From assembly GCA_049570475.1 (NCBI GenBank), contig CP186953.1, forward strand, positions 608,001-672,000: a stretch of DNA of 64,000 nucleotides, given 5' to 3'. Below are positions 49,498 through 59,477 of the stretch, in pieces. Source of the DNA: Candidatus Methanosuratincola verstraetei (GTDB taxonomy: Archaea > Thermoproteota > Methanomethylicia > Methanomethylicales > Methanomethylicaceae). The translations under genes were made by a program, and so were the position numbers. The notes below the pieces were generated by a model. It saw only the letters and a list, made by a program, of their open reading frames with translations, was not told where the DNA came from and made no database searches. The number at the start of each line of letters is the position of its first letter. Position 1 is the stretch's first letter.

Positions 49498-50288
49498 TGG
49501 TCGATCATTATGCTTTTATTTTTTAAAATGATATCGTATTCCCGAGTTTTAAGATTCCTGAAATGCTGGACATAGATGCGCCATAAGAATGACCTCAGCA
49601 TATACCAAGATATTTTTGCTATGAATTTGGAATATTTAATTTTCGATTGTTCCCCTATTTTGTATCTTATCGTAACGGGAACGCTTACAACCCTCAGTCC
49701 TGCTATCTTAGCCTTCAACAACAGGTCATTCTCAAAAGCATATCCCTTGTAAAGTTCGTCTAAATCAATCTTCTTTAGTGCGGAGGAAGAAATGGCAACA
49801 TACCCATTTTGGGGGTCACCGATATTCCAATAGCCTGTCGCTATTTTATTCAAAACCGTCAAAACCGCTGTTCCAAACCGCCTCCAAGCACTCATTTTCA
49901 AATCATATTTTTTCATAAACCGGTTACCCTTTGTGAAGTCCACTTTCCCTTCCACGATTGGGTCCAAGAGAGAAGGAAGATCGCCAGGATCCATCTGGTT
50001 ATCACCTGCCATCACTGCAAGAATGTCAACCTCGTTCAACCCCATCTTCCATGCAGTGACGATGGCACCGCCTACCCCCTTATTCCTGCTGTGTTTCAAT
50101 AAAACGACTCGGCTATCGGCGTAGTTTTTTACTTTTTCGGAGGTTCTGTCCGTTGAGGCATCATCTACGACATAGATTTTGTCTACAAAACTGGGGATCC
50201 CTTGGAGAGTTTTCAAGATCAAATTTTCTTCGTTATAAGCCGGTACCGAAACCCCGATTCTGAAACCTTTATACATTTTTTTGCGCAT
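49494..50288 (-). CDS. Glycosyltransferase family 2 (dolichol-phosphate sugar synthase-like)
   Basis: VPAYNEE, VDDASTD, NKGVGGA, AGDNQMDP, KGNRF, DPQNGY. Confidence 0.92.
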   Translation of the reverse strand: MRKKMYKGFRIGVSVPAYNEENLILKTLQGIPSFVDKIYVVDDASTDRTSEKVKNYADSRVVLLKHSRNKGVGGAIVTAWKMGLNEVDILAVMAGDNQMDPGDLPSLLDPIVEGKVDFTKGNRFMKKYDLKMSAWRRFGTAVLTVLNKIATGYWNIGDPQNGYVAISSSALKKIDLDELYKGYAFENDLLLKAKIAGLRVVSVPVTIRYKIGEQSKIKYSKFIAKISWYMLRSFLWRIYVQHFRNLKTREYDIILKNKSIMIDQ

Positions 50289-51450
50289 TCAGTTTAATCT
50301 TCAAATCAAATGGATCGAATGTCAAGTCGGCTAAATCTGGGTCGCCCCATGCAAGGCCAAGCTTTTCAATTTCTTCTCTGGTGAACATTTCGTCATAGAT
50401 GGAGATCCTGAAACCCTTGTCTGCCAAAAGTTTTGCGAGTGCCAGGTTCCGGCTGTGGAAAAGCTCCTTGACCCCTTTTCGGTAAGTAATTCCCTTTATG
50501 CATATCGTGATTTTGTTCAACGGTTTATCGATCTTTAAGCACGCAATGACGATTTTATTTGCCCAATATTCAATCATTTTATCGTTTATTTCCCTTGATT
50601 TCCGGAGCAAGTCGGCAAACTCGTCCTTTCCTTTTCGCTCCATCTCTTTTATCAGAAACCAAGGATAAACTGGGATGCAGTGTCCCCCTACGCCCGTTGA
50701 CGGCAAAAGCAAGTGGCAATACTCGTGGTTAGCATGCTCCCGCGATTCGTAGAATTCAATGCCCAGCTCTTCGGCTATTTTGTAGAGTTCATTTGCAAGC
50801 GCGATGTTTACATCTCTATAGCAACCTTCGATATTTTTTACGAACTCAGCCACCCTAGCCGAGGAGACTAAATGTAGATTTGGTATGAACTTCCTATACA
50901 TTTCGAAAGCCACAATTCCGCTTTTCTTGTCAACGCCACCAATAACCTTCGGAAATTCGCGGAGGCGGGATATGCAATTGCCGCTCATAATTCTTTCTGG
51001 CGAGTGAGCAAGATAGAATTCGCCTAAATGCATGCCACTCTCCTCCTCCAGCCAGCGGAGTACAAGTTCCTCTGTGGTCAGAGGAGGCACTGTGGTTTCC
51101 ACAACCACCAAGTCTCCTTTCTTCAGCATCTTTCCTACGCTCTTCACGGCACCCTTCAGAGTCCTGAAGTCAGGCTCCCGAAACTCATTGATGAAAAGTG
51201 GAACGATTATTATGTATGCCTTACAATTTGACGCCGAACAGTAATCTGTAAATGCACGAAGCGACTTGCCGCCATATTTTTTTATAAGAGATTCTAGACC
51301 CGGTTCTTCGGGTATTGGATTTTCACCAGAGTTTATCAGCTCGCACTTTTTGCTGTCAAGGTCTATTCCAGTTACATTAAAGCCACTATCTGCAATTATT
51401 GCAGCAAGAGGCAGCCCTGCTTTTCCTAAGCCTATTACTGAAATGTCCAT
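50269..51450 (-). CDS. Nucleotide-sugar 6-dehydrogenase (WbpA/WecC family)
   Basis: IGLGKAGLP, VETTVPP, SPER, RDVNIALANE, GVGGHCIP; start at ATG 51450 or 51492. Confidence 0.92.
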   Translation of the reverse strand: MDISVIGLGKAGLPLAAIIADSGFNVTGIDLDSKKCELINSGENPIPEEPGLESLIKKYGGKSLRAFTDYCSASNCKAYIIIVPLFINEFREPDFRTLKGAVKSVGKMLKKGDLVVVETTVPPLTTEELVLRWLEEESGMHLGEFYLAHSPERIMSGNCISRLREFPKVIGGVDKKSGIVAFEMYRKFIPNLHLVSSARVAEFVKNIEGCYRDVNIALANELYKIAEELGIEFYESREHANHEYCHLLLPSTGVGGHCIPVYPWFLIKEMERKGKDEFADLLRKSREINDKMIEYWANKIVIACLKIDKPLNKITICIKGITYRKGVKELFHSRNLALAKLLADKGFRISIYDEMFTREEIEKLGLAWGDPDLADLTFDPFDLKIKLNAQKNV

Positions 51451-51484
51451 TAGAATTTCCCCATTCTGTATACTCATAGAATTA

Positions 51485-52465
51485 TTAGTCAAAGCACTTT
51501 GTTATGAGGCGTTGGCTTGGAATAACTTCATTTGCGAACGATGAACCGCCCTCTATTTTCTTCGCCAAATAAATGTTTGATACGCCTTGTTCCAATGTCA
51601 CAGGGAACGCTTTGCTATTTCTTACGGAATCTAAAAATACCTTAAGCTCTTCTTTCAGAGGTTCGACTTTGTTGATTAGCACTTTTTCAATGATGTTTTC
51701 CTGCGTGTATTTTGTAGTATCCTGCTGGTACTTGCCAGGCTTCTTATAAAGGTAGACCTCCTGAGTCATAAAGTCGCCCTCAATAGTAAATTTGTCGCAC
51801 TCGACTACTATGTTTCTGATTTTTTTGCAAGAGATTCGGCTAGCGGAGAGAGATACTATGCAGTCGTCAAACTCTGCGACAACTTTCCTGACGTCCTGGT
51901 TTCCAACGGAATGGAGTTGTTTTTCTTGTTTTTTCTCGAATAAGTAATTCCAAATGATGTCGATATCATGGATCATCAAATCGGACGTTATGTCCGAATC
52001 GGTTATTCTTGATGATGCCGGATTATGGCGCTTTATCTCAATTAATTTTGGCTGATCGATAAGGCTCTTTATTTCAGACACTATGGGATTAAAGCGTTCT
52101 ATGTGCCCTACCCCTACAACAACATGGCTAAGCCTTTCTGCCATTTTCACTAACTCAAGACCTTCTTTTAAGGTCATAGTGACTGGCTTTTCGAGCAGAA
52201 AATTGATGTTGGACTCAAAGACTTTCTTCGCGGTTTCGAAATGATATTTTGTAGGGACGCATATGCTTACTGCATCAACTTTCCTCAATAATGATTTCAG
52301 GCTGTCGCATGGAGTTGCATTAGTTACATTGCAAGCCTTCATCAAGGAATTCTTGTCAACATCGTAAGCATAGACTTCGCCAACTCCTCTCATTTCAGAG
52401 TATATTCTTAGATGGTTTTTGCCCATCACACCTACGCCAATTACGCCAACGTCCATATTTCTCAC
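51485..52465 (-). CDS. Gfo/Idh/MocA oxidoreductase (WbpB-like sugar 3-dehydrogenase)
   Basis: GVIGVGVMGKNH, LEKP, VGHIERFNP, DLMIHDID. Confidence 0.9.
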   Translation of the reverse strand: MRNMDVGVIGVGVMGKNHLRIYSEMRGVGEVYAYDVDKNSLMKACNVTNATPCDSLKSLLRKVDAVSICVPTKYHFETAKKVFESNINFLLEKPVTMTLKEGLELVKMAERLSHVVVGVGHIERFNPIVSEIKSLIDQPKLIEIKRHNPASSRITDSDITSDLMIHDIDIIWNYLFEKKQEKQLHSVGNQDVRKVVAEFDDCIVSLSASRISCKKIRNIVVECDKFTIEGDFMTQEVYLYKKPGKYQQDTTKYTQENIIEKVLINKVEPLKEELKVFLDSVRNSKAFPVTLEQGVSNIYLAKKIEGGSSFANEVIPSQRLITKCFD

Positions 52466-52469
52466 TCCT

Positions 52470-54155
52470 TTAAGTCAACAGAGAAAAAATAGGATTCGCC
52501 GTTTCTGCGACATTAGATTGTGCTAAAAAATTGGAAATTTTCCACCAGCTCACCCGCACCTCGTAAGCCTCCTCCAGGGTCGGGGCGTCGAGCCACGGCC
52601 TCGTTGGCAGGAGTGCCCTGACCCGGGCGCCGTGCGAGGCGACCTCGGAGATCATCCCCAGCGCCCCTGAAGCCCCGTAGAGCGGGCACCCGATGTAGAC
52701 AAAGTCGCCGACCCTGCCCGACCTCGACATTGCTACTACTTCCCTGCCAGCCTCGTCCTCCGGGAGTCCGCTGCCGGCGCCACCTCTCCCCCTTCTTATC
52801 ATCCCGAGCAGCGACGACCTCACCGCGGGCGGGATCAGCGCGAATACCTCCGGGTCCGCGCCCACCACCACCTCGAAGACCTCCGCGAGGGCTGCCCTCA
52901 GAGCCTCCTCCGCACCGCCCTCAACCCTCCTGCACGCCCCCCCGCGGCTCAGGAAGAGCGTGACCCTCTGCCCGGCGCCAGCCAGCCCCAGGAGCGCCGA
53001 GAGCAGGTCCCTCGCCATCTCGTCCGCCGAGATCCTCCCGGGCGCCCTACCGTCGAAGAAGACGACCGCCCCCCTCCCGCCTTGGTCCTCGAAGAACTCC
53101 TTCACCGAGAGGCTCCCCCTCCTCGCGGTGGCCTTCCAGTCTATGAACCGGGGCGAGTCCCATGGCTCGTACTCCCTCGACCACGCGTACTCCGCCCCCC
53201 TGCCGATCCTTCTCTTCCCCGCCGCAGCCACATCTCCCTCCAACGGACCTTCGCCCAGCAGCGACAGAGCCTCGATCATGAGCGGGTAGAACCTCGGGTA
53301 GACCCTCAGCCTCGCGATCCACGGTGCGTTCACGCTTGAGCTTCCGTTTGAACCCTGCTCCCCCTCATCAACCGCCGTCTCGATTTCGTTTCTGCTTGTT
53401 TTTCCGGCTCTGTCTCCGCCCTCGCTTCGCGCCTCGATTGCGCCCACGTCTACGCCCCTCTCGGGCTGCGCCGCCCCCTCAGCCAGCCCGCCGCCACCCT
53501 CTCCAACCTCCCTGGCTGGCACAAGGGCTGCCCTCGCCCCAAAGAATCCCGCCCTCGACCTGGTCACAGCCTCAATCCCGCCCAGGGCGTAGTCGCCGTA
53601 GAGCTCCGGCTTTGCCTGCAGGTCCACCCTGTACCCGCCCCCAACCCTGGAGTGCCCGACCACCTCGAACGGCGGATCGGCTGCGAACGACTCCACCTCG
53701 CCCAATCCCGGGGCCTCGATATCGACCGAGAAATCGACCGCCTCACCTGCTATGGAGGTCAGCGATAATCCTGCTTTGCCCCCCGACCCTACGGTTCCGA
53801 CCCCTGCACGCGCTCCTTTTTCCTTCTCCGCAAGCCTGGAGAGCATGATCGCGAGGTCGGCGGCGGACCCTGCGAGAACGGAAGCCCCAGCCGCAGCCAG
53901 GATCGGGTCCCCCGAGACGCCGGCGAGCGCAGCCAGGAAGGCGCCGGAGCAGGCTGCGGAGGTTCCCCTCCTCGTCGCGAAGGGCTTCTTCCCAGCCAGG
54001 CGTAGGCGGACCATCTTCAGTTGGAGGCTCCTCCCCTCATCTGCCCGCTCAATCCTGCCCCAATCATCCCTTTCTCCCCAGCCAATCTCCGCGCTGACGC
54101 TGGCATCGCCGCCGACAGCACGACCAAAGCCTGGACGGGCGGGTGCGCCGCTCAT
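52470..54155 (-). CDS. DUF58 domain membrane protein (MoxR partner)
   Basis: GAEYAWSREYEPWDSPRFIDWKATARRGSLSVKEF; N-terminal TM pair. Confidence 0.85.
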   Translation of the reverse strand: MSGAPARPGFGRAVGGDASVSAEIGWGERDDWGRIERADEGRSLQLKMVRLRLAGKKPFATRRGTSAACSGAFLAALAGVSGDPILAAAGASVLAGSAADLAIMLSRLAEKEKGARAGVGTVGSGGKAGLSLTSIAGEAVDFSVDIEAPGLGEVESFAADPPFEVVGHSRVGGGYRVDLQAKPELYGDYALGGIEAVTRSRAGFFGARAALVPAREVGEGGGGLAEGAAQPERGVDVGAIEARSEGGDRAGKTSRNEIETAVDEGEQGSNGSSSVNAPWIARLRVYPRFYPLMIEALSLLGEGPLEGDVAAAGKRRIGRGAEYAWSREYEPWDSPRFIDWKATARRGSLSVKEFFEDQGGRGAVVFFDGRAPGRISADEMARDLLSALLGLAGAGQRVTLFLSRGGACRRVEGGAEEALRAALAEVFEVVVGADPEVFALIPPAVRSSLLGMIRRGRGGAGSGLPEDEAGREVVAMSRSGRVGDFVYIGCPLYGASGALGMISEVASHGARVRALLPTRPWLDAPTLEEAYEVRVSWWKISNFLAQSNVAETANPIFSLLT

Positions 54156-55132
54156 TCCTTCGGGACGGGCGTCTCGGAGAGAGCCCTCTCAATCAGCGAC
54201 TCCGGCGTTATCCCCTCGGCGAGAGCCTCCATCCTCAGCACCATCCTGTGCCTCAGCACATTGTGGGCGAGCGCCTTCACGTCGTCAGGGATGACGTAAT
54301 CACGCCCCTCGAGTAGGGCGAGAGCCCTGCTGCCCTTGTAGAGCGCGACCGATGCCCTGACCCCGGGCGACCACCTGAGCTCCCTCATCTCCCTGACCGC
54401 GTTCACCAGCGAGACGATGTACCCCTTGACCCTGTCGGAGACGTGGATCCTCCTCACTGCCTCGAGCAGCGACGCGATCTCCTTCGGGTCCGTGATCGGC
54501 TCAGCCAGGGACCGGTCAACCATATCGGTCCTGGAGATTATCTCGACCTCCTCATCAATTGTAGGGGTTCCGACCGCCGTGCTGTAGGCGAACCTGTCGA
54601 CTTGGACATCCGTCAACGGGTAGGTCCCCTCGGACCCGGCCCCCACCTGGGTGGCTATGAAGAAGGAGGGTCTCGGCAGGTCGTAGGACACCCCCTCTAT
54701 CGTCGCTCGCCCCTCCTGCATCGCCTCGAGCAGCGCGGACTGCGTCCTCGGGGTCGCCCTGTTCATCTCGTCCAGGAGTACGACGTTCGCGAATATTGGT
54801 CCCTTCCTGACGCTCCAGCCGCCCGTCGCGATGTTGTAGGTGCTGACTCCGATTATGTCCGACGGGAGGAGGTCAGGGGTCATCTGTATCCTGCGGAACT
54901 CGCCGCCGATCGCGCTCGTGAAGTTCTTCGCGAGGAGCGTCTTTCCAGCTCCGGGAGGGCCCTCGATCAGCAGGTGACCGCCCGAGAGGAGCGCGACGCA
55001 GGAGAGCCATAGCTGCTCGTCCATCCCGACGACGTAAGCCCTGACCTCCTTCACCAGATCCGAGACCGGCGGAACCTTGATCCTGGAAGGGTCTCTCGCG
55101 TTCAGCATGTTGGTTGGTTCCATCTCCATCAC
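54152..55132 (-). CDS. moxR: MoxR family AAA+ ATPase
   Basis: LIEGPPGAGKT, RIQMTPDLLPSDIIG, DEMNRATPRTQSALLEAMQE, EGTYPL...DRF, GRDYVIPDDVK. Confidence 0.95.
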   Translation of the reverse strand: MMEMEPTNMLNARDPSRIKVPPVSDLVKEVRAYVVGMDEQLWLSCVALLSGGHLLIEGPPGAGKTLLAKNFTSAIGGEFRRIQMTPDLLPSDIIGVSTYNIATGGWSVRKGPIFANVVLLDEMNRATPRTQSALLEAMQEGRATIEGVSYDLPRPSFFIATQVGAGSEGTYPLTDVQVDRFAYSTAVGTPTIDEEVEIISRTDMVDRSLAEPITDPKEIASLLEAVRRIHVSDRVKGYIVSLVNAVREMRELRWSPGVRASVALYKGSRALALLEGRDYVIPDDVKALAHNVLRHRMVLRMEALAEGITPESLIERALSETPVPKE

Positions 55133-55165
55133 TCTAAGATCTCCCCTATCCTAACCAAGCAGACC

Positions 55166-56272
55166 TTATTTCGATTGCCCCTCATCCACGCCTGGGCGAC
55201 GTCCAAAGGCTGACTCCGGGGGATTGTTGCCCGACCCCGCAGCCCTGATCGGTGCGCTGGATCCGCATCTCGCCCTCTCCTCCCACGTCCTTTGAAGCAA
55301 GGACAAGTCCCACCCGGGGTGCGCCTCAGCCACCTTGCGGACCTCCTCGCTCTCCCCCGCGAAAGGCCCTGAGCCCCCCGCGGCTCGCCTGTGGAACAGC
55401 CTGATGGGGTCAGCCGCAAAAATGGCCCAAGCACCGGCGACAGCCAGGAGGTACCTCAGCTCCGGGTACTCGCCGACCGCGCCCACAGCCGAGAGCACCC
55501 CGGACCTCAGCGATCCGTAGGGCGAAGCCGCGTTGTTCCCGTAGTCGATTACAATCTCCCGGTTCCCGGCGATCGACCTGACGAACTCCGCGTTCCCGCC
55601 CGAGATCCCGTAGACCGAGTTGATCAGGATGCTCGAGTCCGAGACCACGACGAACCTCCCCTTCCCGTAAGGCACCTCTGCAGCCACGGGGAACGGCCCG
55701 AGCGGCTCTCCCGCGGTGTGGCCCCCGTCCCCGTCCACGTCCAGGTAGCTGAAGGCTGACGACTCGAGAAGCACCCTAGCCCCTTTTTGCGCAGCCCCAG
55801 GCATGATCTCCAGGGCTGATGCGTAGTCCATCGTGACCCGCGCGCCGCCAGCCGCGCCCAGGGCGGAGACGACCGGGTACTGCCTCGCCTTCTCCATGAA
55901 GAGCGGGTCGAGCAGGATCGATCCGTTTATCCTGACCGGGACGCCGAGCCCCTCCAGGAGCGAGTTCCCCTCCCCGAAGTCGTCCATCAGCACGACCACG
56001 CCGCCGGACCCGAGGAAGGACGCGATCTCGGAGACCCTGCCCGCTGAGAACGGCTCGTCCGGGCCTGCGATTATCAGCACGGTCCCCGCCGGATCGGGTT
56101 CGGCCCCCGGATCCCGTGCGGAGATCCCGAGCCCACCAGCGGCGGAGGACATCCCGTTCCAGTACGGGTTCTCCAGCGAGAAGTCGTCGACCGACGGCAC
56201 AGCCCAGATTATCCCCACGGCGGATATCAGCGCCAATGCAGCCCCGATCGCGGCTGCCCTCTTTGCGTTCAT
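55166..56272 (-). CDS. DUF4350-like membrane-anchored protein
   Basis: DFSLENPYWNGMS, FLGSGG.VVLMDDFGEGNSLL, GKGRFVVVSDSSILIN; N- and C-terminal TM segments. Confidence 0.75.
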   Translation of the reverse strand: MNAKRAAAIGAALALISAVGIIWAVPSVDDFSLENPYWNGMSSAAGGLGISARDPGAEPDPAGTVLIIAGPDEPFSAGRVSEIASFLGSGGVVVLMDDFGEGNSLLEGLGVPVRINGSILLDPLFMEKARQYPVVSALGAAGGARVTMDYASALEIMPGAAQKGARVLLESSAFSYLDVDGDGGHTAGEPLGPFPVAAEVPYGKGRFVVVSDSSILINSVYGISGGNAEFVRSIAGNREIVIDYGNNAASPYGSLRSGVLSAVGAVGEYPELRYLLAVAGAWAIFAADPIRLFHRRAAGGSGPFAGESEEVRKVAEAHPGWDLSLLQRTWEERARCGSSAPIRAAGSGNNPPESAFGRRPGVDEGQSK

Positions 56273-58257
56273 GCCCCCCTGTTCCCGGCGCCCCTTCCGC
56301 CGGCACCGCCCTCCGAGGGCTCCTCGCCCCCACCAGCTGAGCCCGCACGGCCCTCGGCGCCCGAGATCCTCCCCCTGAGCGCGGAGAGGGACGAGAGGAC
56401 CCTCTGGAGGAGGGACTCTGCCCTGGCTGCCTCATGCGCCCTCCCGGCGTAGAGCTCCTCCTCGGCCATAATTGTCAGCTCCCCGAACGGTTCCGCGGCA
56501 TCGCCCCCAGCCTTCCCCCTCACCCGCCTGAGGAACTCCCTGAGGGTCTCGCCCCTCCCGATGGGATTCCCGAGGGACCTCCCGATCGCAGCCGCTGCCC
56601 TGTGGTAGGCTGAGACTACAGCGCTCAAAGCGCCCGCCCCTGCTTTGCCGCCCGATCCAGCCCCAACGCCTAGCGCCGCCAATCCCTGGGGCTTGCCTGA
56701 GCCGCCCCTGGCACCGCCGCGCGCCCTCCCCCTGCCGACCGCCGAGTACGCGATCGCGAGCGCAGCGACCGGAACCGCGGCTATTGACGGGTTCACTGCG
56801 TAGAGCCCTGAAGAGGCTGAGGACTGCTGGTAGGCTGCCGCTGCCGGGTAAGCCGTCGCGCTAACCTCGAACCAGCCTGTCGGGACCGCGATCCCAATCG
56901 GCACATCGACCCGGAACGATCCGTCCTCGCCCGACAAGCCCGAGTAAACACCGGCGCCCGGCACCCTGACCAAGACGGCCGCGTTTGAAACAGCCGCCCC
57001 GTCGGAGGCTGAGACCACCCTCCCGGAGACGGTCACGTTTGCCCCGGAGATCGAGGCCGGAGGCAGGGTGAGGGTCAAGGCGGTCGGGATCCTGTACACC
57101 TCCAGGTAGGCCGCGGCGGAGGCGGGGCCGACGACCCCGGACGGGACCACGCTGACGCTGATCGCGTTCCTGCCGCTGGTCGCGCCGGCTGGGACCTGGA
57201 CCGCGAAGGAGAAGGCACCATCCGAAGGATCCGCAGTGAAGATCCCCCCGAATGCCGAGACCCGGACCCTCTCGCCGTGCGATCCCCCGATCCCGGTGCT
57301 CCCGGAGACGAGGATCCAGTCGCCCGGCTTAGCCCTCGTGGCGTTCAGCTTAGCCTCGAGGGCGGGCTTCAGCCAGAGGATCCTGAGGACTGCGTCGGCG
57401 GACCTCGATCCGGCGTACCCGCCCGATGCCGGGAAGTAGGCGTGGACGGCTGCAGGCCCCCCGTACACCGGCGGCGCGGGGAAGGTCACCGAGTAGCTGC
57501 CGTCCTCCCCTGTCACCGCAGAGTACTCCCCGGGGGCCCCCTCCACCGACACCCTCACCGTGGCTCCGGCGACCGGCGATCCGCCCTCAGCCGAGAGGGA
57601 TCCGGAGGCGGTGACGGGGGACCCGACCCAAGCCTCCGCCCTGTCCAGTTCCACAGCGATCACAGTCCTCGCCAGGTCGCCAGCCTCGACCCTTGCTATC
57701 TCGGACCGGACCTCGGATAGCTCCTGCGAGAGGTACGCGATCCGTTCGTCGACCGACGAGACCCCCGTGCGGATCTGGGGCGCCTTCAGCTGCGAAGCCA
57801 GCGCAGCCGATGAGTCCCTGAGCAGGGAGGCGGTGGAGTTCGCCCTCCACAGGCTCGCCGAGGCGTTCCCGGCGAGCGCCCTCGCCTCAGCAACCATGCC
57901 GACGCCGATAGCCCCCCTCGCCTCAGCGACGAGGGCCTCGGTCTGGTTGAGGTCCGAGACCGCCGAGGCGAAGAGCGAGTTGAACCTAGCGAATATGTAC
58001 CTCACATTCTCCGGCACGTACGACGAGTTCAGGTACGAGATGAGGCTGGCTGCGTCCGAGTACCCGCCCGAGAGCACTGCCGAGAAGACCGTCGAGTACC
58101 CCGAGAGGAGGGCTGCAGGGGACGGGAGCTCGGCCTGCGCAGCCTTCGCGTCCGAGTGCCTCATCGCGCGCTCCGCAGCCGGGAGGAGGGACGCCCCGCC
58201 GAGTATCATTGCGACTACCGCCATTGTGCCGATCAGGAGAGCGAGATCGCGCCTCAA
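56269..58257 (-). CDS. Large membrane protein: helical region, tandem Ig-like domains, TM, DUF4129-like C-terminus
   Basis: TGEDGSY and SGEDGSF beta-sandwich motifs; C-terminal AYHRA...GETLREFL...FGELT..AEEELYA. Confidence 0.72.
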   Translation of the reverse strand: MRRDLALLIGTMAVVAMILGGASLLPAAERAMRHSDAKAAQAELPSPAALLSGYSTVFSAVLSGGYSDAASLISYLNSSYVPENVRYIFARFNSLFASAVSDLNQTEALVAEARGAIGVGMVAEARALAGNASASLWRANSTASLLRDSSAALASQLKAPQIRTGVSSVDERIAYLSQELSEVRSEIARVEAGDLARTVIAVELDRAEAWVGSPVTASGSLSAEGGSPVAGATVRVSVEGAPGEYSAVTGEDGSYSVTFPAPPVYGGPAAVHAYFPASGGYAGSRSADAVLRILWLKPALEAKLNATRAKPGDWILVSGSTGIGGSHGERVRVSAFGGIFTADPSDGAFSFAVQVPAGATSGRNAISVSVVPSGVVGPASAAAYLEVYRIPTALTLTLPPASISGANVTVSGRVVSASDGAAVSNAAVLVRVPGAGVYSGLSGEDGSFRVDVPIGIAVPTGWFEVSATAYPAAAAYQQSSASSGLYAVNPSIAAVPVAALAIAYSAVGRGRARGGARGGSGKPQGLAALGVGAGSGGKAGAGALSAVVSAYHRAAAAIGRSLGNPIGRGETLREFLRRVRGKAGGDAAEPFGELTIMAEEELYAGRAHEAARAESLLQRVLSSLSALRGRISGAEGRAGSAGGGEEPSEGGAGGRGAGNRGA

Positions 58258-58319
58258 CCTGTTAGCCGATTTGGGCTGGTCCTCAAATTATCGCTGAACT
58301 GGAGGGCAGATCGAGCGGG

Positions 58320-58360
58320 CAAGCAAGTTGGCAAACAAGCAACCAACCAATCAATCAAGC
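58320..58360. repeat. Degenerate tetranucleotide tract (CAAN)n
   Basis: CAAG CAAG ttgg CAAA CAAG CAAC CAAC CAAT CAAT CAAG. Confidence 0.6.
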
Positions 58361-58366
58361 GAGCAG

Positions 58367-58612
58367 TCACGCCCCGTAGAGGATGCTGATGACCCTCATC
58401 GCGACGATGGCGGCGAATGCCAGGAACAGCGCGGCTGCCGGGAAGTCGAAGAAGCCCCTCGAAGGCCTGAATATCGCCAGGCAGACGAAGTAGACGAGCG
58501 CGAGTACGCTGACGTAGACGTCGAGCCTCGCCTCGCCCAGGGAGGAGAGCGCCCACACCGAGGCTGCGACCAGGGACGCGAGGGTTGCATTGAAGAGAGC
58601 GTTCCTGTCCAT
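58367..58612 (-). CDS. Small 3-TM membrane protein
   Basis: 81 aa, hydrophobic, GEARLDVYVS; operon context. Confidence 0.75.
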   Translation of the reverse strand: MDRNALFNATLASLVAASVWALSSLGEARLDVYVSVLALVYFVCLAIFRPSRGFFDFPAAALFLAFAAIVAMRVISILYGA

Positions 58613-58700
58613 TTCAACGGATGCCCGTCCCGGGCGCCTTCGCAATGCAGCATGCCCCGCACCCCATTTCAGCCATCGGCAATCCCGCAGCCAACTTCAA

Positions 58701-59477
58701 TCAGAGAAGATCAATCACGACCCTCTTCCTGTCGCTGAGGTCCTCCTCGGAGGCGACCATTGCGACCCTCCTCTTCGCGGCGGCAACGACGACCGCGGCC
58801 GTTCCGGCCTCGAGCGAGCCGAGCGCCCTCCTCACCCTCCCGTAGCCTGCCCCCGACCTGGGGCGCTTGAGATCGACGACGACGGATTGCCCGTCCTCCA
58901 CCACCTTCACGGACTCGACGATGCCGGACTCCTCGACGAGGAGCTCCCCCAGCAGCGACTCGAGGTCCCCCGACATGCCCTCGTTGCTGACCAGGAACGA
59001 CCCGGGCGGGTACAGGACCAGGTAATCCCTCCCGTCCAGCGAAGTCACAAGGCCCTTCGCCTCCCACCTTGAAGGCAGAGCCCCGCTGCCGGATCCTGCG
59101 TCGCCGCCCCCGCCGATCGGCACGAAGACCCTGACCGCCCCTGGGCCGGCTTCCGCGCCGCCATCCCCCGATCCCCCGACTGCACCCCCGGGGACGTAGT
59201 ACCCCCTGCCCGCAGCCCCGGTGTCCTCGAGGACAGCCTCTATGTTCGCCAGGGACCCCTCGAGGAGCTTCCTGACGGCTTTCGATGGGACCGGGGCGGT
59301 CGGCGTGATCGCGATCGAGGCCCCGACCACTGCCACGCCTATCCCGAGCGCGGTCATCGGCGTGCTCTGGAGGAGGTACCAGGAGAAGGCGGCGAGCCCC
59401 GCCCCGAAGGCGGCGAGCCCGGCTGCGTATGGGTTGCCCTTCTCGCTGTCGCTGTATTGGTCAGCCATTTCAGGCAT
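58701..59477 (-). CDS. Hypothetical protein with N-terminal TM hairpin and soluble domain
   Basis: Host-like codon usage; AGGAG SD before ATG 59477; overlaps the upstream stop. Confidence 0.75.
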   Translation of the reverse strand: MPEMADQYSDSEKGNPYAAGLAAFGAGLAAFSWYLLQSTPMTALGIGVAVVGASIAITPTAPVPSKAVRKLLEGSLANIEAVLEDTGAAGRGYYVPGGAVGGSGDGGAEAGPGAVRVFVPIGGGGDAGSGSGALPSRWEAKGLVTSLDGRDYLVLYPPGSFLVSNEGMSGDLESLLGELLVEESGIVESVKVVEDGQSVVVDLKRPRSGAGYGRVRRALGSLEAGTAAVVVAAAKRRVAMVASEEDLSDRKRVVIDLL

